The notes under the pieces are model-generated. The model searched no databases. It saw only the letters and a program-made list of their open reading frames with translations, and was not told the origin of the DNA. Of a stretch of DNA of 8,713 bases, positions 5,403 through 8,713 are shown one piece after another. Both the position numbers and the translations under genes were made by a program. The stretch's first letter is position 1; each line of letters begins with the position of its first letter. The stretch is taken from sequence record NZ_CP102863.1; one strand, given 5' to 3'. The stretch comes from a plasmid.

Positions 5403-6825
5403 TTCAATTTCTATAAACGGGAAGAAATTTCAATTTTCGAAACAATCAACGCTAATCTACAGTACAGTGAACGGAACCGGAAAAACCACTCTATTGCGAC
5501 TTTTGCTTTATGGACTGGGGTATCCAATTCCAGCGACAAAGGGGATCGATTTTTCTTCACTAAGTATTAAAGTTTCACTTACCAAAGATAACGGAGAGCA
5601 ATTAACTTTGGACCGGTCAGATAAAATAATTACAATATCTCAAAATAGCACATCAAGCACAGAATTCCATGTCATAGAAAATGCTCTCGAAATCCAATCA
5701 ATCATCTTTGATATTACAGATCCAAAAATCCTTGAAAATCTTCTTGGCCTATATTATTTTGATCAGGAAAAGGGATGGACTTTGCTTAATCGTGGAATTG
5801 TTATTGGCAGTATTAGATTCAAGATTGAATCTTTTGTTGAGGGCTTGAGTTCAAGGGAATTATTCAATCTTGATACTTCTATAGAAGATCTGACTGATCA
5901 AAAAAGAGAATATAGGCAATTACGCAGGATCTTATCAATTAAGGATAAATCCGCTTCAAATTCACAAAGTATAAATTGGTCTCCTATCGATCAGATCAAT
6001 AATAAGCTTAGATCACTTGAAACAGAAATCAGAAGATATAAATCAGTGGAAGCTCAATACAGATCGATTAACTTGAATAACGAAAACCTATTTAAGTTTA
6101 TTGAAGGCTTAAACCTAAAACTAAGAACATCAGACGGTGTCATTCCCATTAAAAGAAAAAACATTGTTGAACGTAACGTCAATCGCAATCTCTTAAATGC
6201 ACAGATCACCCGACAGAAACGTAAAATTTTACAATTAAGTGAAGAGAGAGAACGTCTCCAAAAAGAACTCAGCCAAAGCTTATTAGGCATCAGTGTAGAT
6301 TCACAATTGAAAAGGTTCAATATAGCGATATCTAGTTTAGACATTACAACAGAAGATCTAGACAAAATTGATAAACAATACGTTGATAAAATTAAAAAGC
6401 TCAAGCAAAAGCGAATTAAAATATTAAACAATAGCCAAATAGCGGAAAATCTTTATGAAAGAATCTTAAAGTTTTGTAATCACCTTAATGTGGGTAAGTC
6501 CATTGATCCAGAGAGTTCATTTCTTTGGACTTCTAACTTAAGACGCTTTAGTGGCGCACAACTTCACTTGATAGTATTCGCTTATCGAATGGCATTACTT
6601 CAGGAAGTACAAGAACATTTTAGCGTTACAATACCAATCATTCTGGATTCACCTATGACAGGTGAGTTAGATAAAGAGAATGCTTCTCTAATGTTCTCAT
6701 TGATTCACAAATACTTTCCTAAAAACCAGATCATTGTAGCATCCATCTTTAGGTTGCCATTAAATGACGATGATTTAATGCCTTTAAATACAATTACGCT
6801 AACGAAGGGGAGTATAGTTTCCTAG
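5392..6825 (+). CDS. SMC/Rad50-like ABC ATPase with a coiled-coil insert (LmuB-like), about 477 aa from TTG 5392. The ORF track starts at TTG 5374 and gives 483 aa
   Basis: Walker A VNGTGKTT (nt ~5467-5490). A charged heptad-rich middle region follows (residues ~170-370). The ABC-signature-like FSGAQ lies at nt 6547-6561. Walker B IILDSP lies at nt ~6640-6657, followed by a D-loop-like M. The N-terminus (M)KINSISINGKKF...LLLYGLG resembles LmuB/DUF3732-type heads from memory. GAGGAGG at 5376-5382 sits 9 nt before the in-frame TTG 5392. Confidence 0.88.
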   Translation: MKINSISINGKKFQFSKQSTLIYSTVNGTGKTTLLRLLLYGLGYPIPATKGIDFSSLSIKVSLTKDNGEQLTLDRSDKIITISQNSTSSTEFHVIENALEIQSIIFDITDPKILENLLGLYYFDQEKGWTLLNRGIVIGSIRFKIESFVEGLSSRELFNLDTSIEDLTDQKREYRQLRRILSIKDKSASNSQSINWSPIDQINNKLRSLETEIRRYKSVEAQYRSINLNNENLFKFIEGLNLKLRTSDGVIPIKRKNIVERNVNRNLLNAQITRQKRKILQLSEERERLQKELSQSLLGISVDSQLKRFNIAISSLDITTEDLDKIDKQYVDKIKKLKQKRIKILNNSQIAENLYERILKFCNHLNVGKSIDPESSFLWTSNLRRFSGAQLHLIVFAYRMALLQEVQEHFSVTIPIILDSPMTGELDKENASLMFSLIHKYFPKNQIIVASIFRLPLNDDDLMPLNTITLTKGSIVS

Positions 6826-6874
6826 TTTCCTATGAAAAAACGTCTATAGCAGTGTTAAGGAGAGAGCTGATTTT

Positions 6875-7264
6875 TTGATAAAACGTGAGCCAAATCGTAA
6901 AAGACCGATTCGCAAAACCGCACGATTCACCGCGACAGAACTGGCGGAAATCAAGCGTCAACAGTTTGAAGCTGGTTATAACCAATTTAGCGCTTTTGCT
7001 CGCTACCGTTTGTTTAATAGCCCGATTTTCGATGTCAGTTTGATTGATGGCAACGCCATGCTTCCGCGTATTCGTAGGGTTGGCGACCAGCTAAATCAGA
7101 TTACACACGCCGTCAATTTGACTGGCACGGTCAGTAAGGAGCAAGTTGTGACCGTCAAGGAACTAGTTGGGCAGTTGTCAAAAGTACTCAAGGAGCATCT
7201 TTTACAGGACGCTGAATTTGAAGCATCACTCGCACGATCGCTCAACCCGTCTAACAAAAAATAA
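6875..7264 (+). CDS. mobC: Plasmid mobilisation relaxosome accessory protein MobC family, 129 aa, TTG start
   Basis: AGGAGA RBS upstream. The core RFTATELAEIKRQQFEAGYNQFSAFARYRLFN...IRRVGDQLNQITHAVNLTG matches the MobC-family pattern (R.T.EE...AGLS.S.Y.R...LNQIA+..N) from memory. No relaxase gene follows. Confidence 0.75.
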   Translation: MIKREPNRKRPIRKTARFTATELAEIKRQQFEAGYNQFSAFARYRLFNSPIFDVSLIDGNAMLPRIRRVGDQLNQITHAVNLTGTVSKEQVVTVKELVGQLSKVLKEHLLQDAEFEASLARSLNPSNKK

Positions 7265-7273
7265 CCTAGGGGT

Positions 7274-7337
7274 TTGGGGGCAGCGCCCCCAAGATACAAA
7301 AGGGGAGTAGGCTGATCAGCCTACTCCCCTTTTTTTG
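7274..7337. terminator. Two hairpins after mobC: TTGGGGGCAGCGCCCCCAA (7274-7292) and a 15-bp perfect stem aggggagtaggctga/tcagcctactcccct (7301-7330) with TTTTTTT. Strong bidirectional intrinsic terminator
   Basis: Perfect palindromes read directly, with an A-run before and a T-run after. Confidence 0.85.
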
Positions 7338-7338
7338 A

Positions 7339-7379
7339 GCAAGTGTGCACCCACTTGCAAATCTCGCGACAGTAGAAAA
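7339..7379. repeat. Left 41-bp inverted repeat GCAAGTGTGCACCCACTTGCAAATCTCGCGACAGTAGAAAA (partner at 8192-8232)
   Basis: The reverse complement of 8192-8232 matches with 2-3 mismatches. Each copy contains an internal hairpin (caagtg...cacttg). Confidence 0.7.
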
Positions 7380-7513
7380 AGGCCTCGGCTTCCTCATCTG
7401 GGTTAGTCAGGTCCTTGTTATGGTTGCTTTCAGCGTTCATAAAACTTTTATAGCAGCCTTTAACGCCGATTAAGCACCAAATTCAGGCCCGATTTTCATA
7501 AAAACCTTCGGTC

Positions 7514-7765
7514 TTGGCCATCGTGGTACTATATTTGATAAGCGTTCATAAAAGCGAGGTCATAGGATTATTGAAAACCAAGTTTAAAAATCTGTTTGTC
7601 CGGCAAATAGCTATTAAAAGCCCCGGAAGGCCGAAGTTATCTCAAAATATAACGGCTGAAATCAAAAGCCTGGCTCAGGCTCACCCTAAGTGGTCCCTGC
7701 AGACCCTGGCCCGTGCTGTTGGTGTTAGTAAAACCAGCGTCTATAACGTTTTAAATAAAAGGTGA
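7514..7765 (+). pseudogene. 83-aa fragment resembling the N-terminal HTH of an IS transposase (GRPKLSQNITAEIKSLAQAHPKWSLQTLARAVGVSKTSVYNVLNKR; IS630/IS481/IS30-like HTH pattern). No catalytic domain follows
   Basis: Motif GRPK...S...LA...GVS..TVY.VL. The ORF stops at 7765 and no downstream frame continues. The start at ATG 7514 is doubtful. Confidence 0.45.
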
Positions 7766-7880
7766 TGAATTAATTTTATACCTGTTTGCTCTAAAAGACG
7801 CTTAAAGCGCAAATATGGACGCCTGAGAAGCTCTGACGGTCCTGAGTGAGCTTTTGCGAACGCTCTCCAAGGCCGTGGTC

Positions 7881-7974
7881 GAGGTTTTCCTGAGCCACGC
7901 AAGCGAAGCGCGCTAGGGCAAGCCTAAGGCGCGCAGGCGGAGCCGGAGTTAAATGTGGCGAAGCCACACCTTTT
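7881..7974 (+). repeat. GC-rich structured element copy B, a direct repeat of 847-950
   Basis: About 85 bp near-identical core (7890-7972 vs 856-948), same orientation. Confidence 0.75.
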
Positions 7975-8191
7975 ATGATCGTGACCGAATAGGTGATCGG
8001 CCGTGAACCTGTTGGGAATTAGAGGGGGGGAGCAAGGCGTGCTCAAACAACTCAGAAACAATTGGCTCCTAAGCAAATAAGTTGCTCGCACCATGTTTCA
8101 TAAAATTGTTATGTTTTAGCGCACGACTTTGCAGTCGCAACCTAAACAAAAAGCAAGATCAGCAATTCTCCGATTTTGCTTTTTTTGACGA

Positions 8192-8232
8192 TTTTCTACT
8201 GTCGCGAGATTTGCAAGTGGACGTCCACTTGC
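8192..8232. repeat. Right 41-bp inverted repeat TTTTCTACTGTCGCGAGATTTGCAAGTGGACGTCCACTTGC. Contains the perfect 18-bp palindrome CAAGTGGACGTCCACTTG
   Basis: Reverse complement of 7339-7379 with 2-3 mismatches. Confidence 0.7.
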
Positions 8233-8275
8233 GATGAATTGACAGAATCTCAGCTGCGCTGATCGTCAATTTTGT

Positions 8276-8328
8276 TTGGGGCACGCCCCCCAATCCCCCT
8301 GTTATTTTTAAGAGGGGCGAGTCGCCCC
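8276..8328. other. Hairpin module TTGGGGGCACGCCCCCCAA (8276-8294) plus aggggcgAGTcgcccct (8312-8328). Similar to the hairpin pair at 7274-7330 on the other side of the IR-bounded element
   Basis: Read directly. TTGGGGGCA(S)CGCCCCCAA occurs on both flanks. Confidence 0.4.
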
Positions 8329-8685
8329 TTCAAAGCCAAAATTCAAACAGTACCTGACGACATCTTTTCAATGACCTTTGCATGATGTTACACATGGTGT
8401 TGACATATTGTTGCATTTGGAGTTTCGTTCAAGTTGAACATCATGTAATATATGAGTTGCATTCGAGGAACATCTAAGTTGCTACTTGTGCAACTTTAAA
8501 GCTACAGTTAATTCAATTTTTTTTGCGTTATAAGCACCTCAATAGTTTCTGTTAAAGCAACACGTACGCTTCAATTGGAGTAACTTGCTATACGCATCTC
8601 ATGTTGCAAACAAGCCACTATAGAGTTGTGTACGCTGCAACGCCAAAAACGTGCTCATTCGATCGGACAAGTGCCATTTTGACTA

Positions 8686-8698
8686 AATGTTGAATATT
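8686..8698. promoter_or_regulatory. Fifth copy of the 12-bp operator-like motif (AATGTTGAATATT, reverse complement of AATATTCAACATT at 111-123), at the extreme right end
   Basis: Exact reverse-complement match to the site at 111-123. It would lie about 75 bp from the 49-122 cluster if the window were circular. Confidence 0.4.
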
Positions 8699-8713
8699 GC
8701 AAAAAAATCCAAC

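Larger units (their letters stand above)
7339..8232. mobile_element. About 0.9 kb IS/MITE-like remnant bounded by 41-bp imperfect inverted repeats. It carries only a transposase HTH fragment and GC-rich element copy B
   Basis: The inverted repeats at both ends and the absence of an intact transposase. This interpretation is inference. Confidence 0.35.

Noticed and set aside
7096-7299. ORF 7096-7299(-)
   Set aside because: Antisense to mobC and extending into the terminator. Spurious.
7514-7765. Intact transposase gene
   Set aside because: Only about 80 aa of HTH-like sequence is present. No DDE catalytic region follows in any frame, so it is called a fragment or pseudogene instead.

Overview
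This is a low-GC, Lactobacillaceae-type plasmid segment. AGGAGG-type ribosome-binding sites precede most genes. The short 12-bp operator-like motif at bases 49-122 recurs at 8686-8698, so the window could be a complete ~8.7 kb circular plasmid. (1) Left end: a cluster of 12-bp operator-like sites, a small ribbon-helix-helix (RHH)-like ORF and a strong bidirectional terminator. (2) A theta-type replication module: AT-rich repeats, 4.5 tandem 22-bp iterons, a Rep_3-family repA with its intrinsic terminator, and a convergent DUF536/'RepB'-like helix-turn-helix (HTH) coiled-coil protein. (3) A terminated 155-aa ORF of unknown function. (4) A perfect 25-bp-arm palindrome, followed by a two-gene operon with overlapping genes. 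The operon encodes a 338-aa protein with a possible degenerate PD-(D/E)xK-like N-terminus and a ~478-aa SMC/Rad50-like ABC ATPase with Walker A, a coiled-coil middle, an ABC-signature-like FSGAQ and Walker B. Gene order and motifs fit a compact Lamassu-like (LmuA/LmuB) antiphage system; this is the main candidate for a novel or poorly described system. (5) An orphan mobC with no relaxase and no obvious oriT, followed by a strong terminator. (6) A ~0.9 kb IS/MITE-like remnant bounded by 41-bp inverted repeats, carrying only an 83-aa transposase HTH fragment. (7) Two direct copies, ~7 kb apart, of a ~95-bp GC-rich structured element rich in GCGAAGC mini-hairpin motifs. They bracket the replication, defence and mobC modules. 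(8) An AT-rich right end with GTTGCA-type motifs and a 13-bp palindrome. All family assignments come from motif recognition by eye and need HMM or BLAST confirmation.
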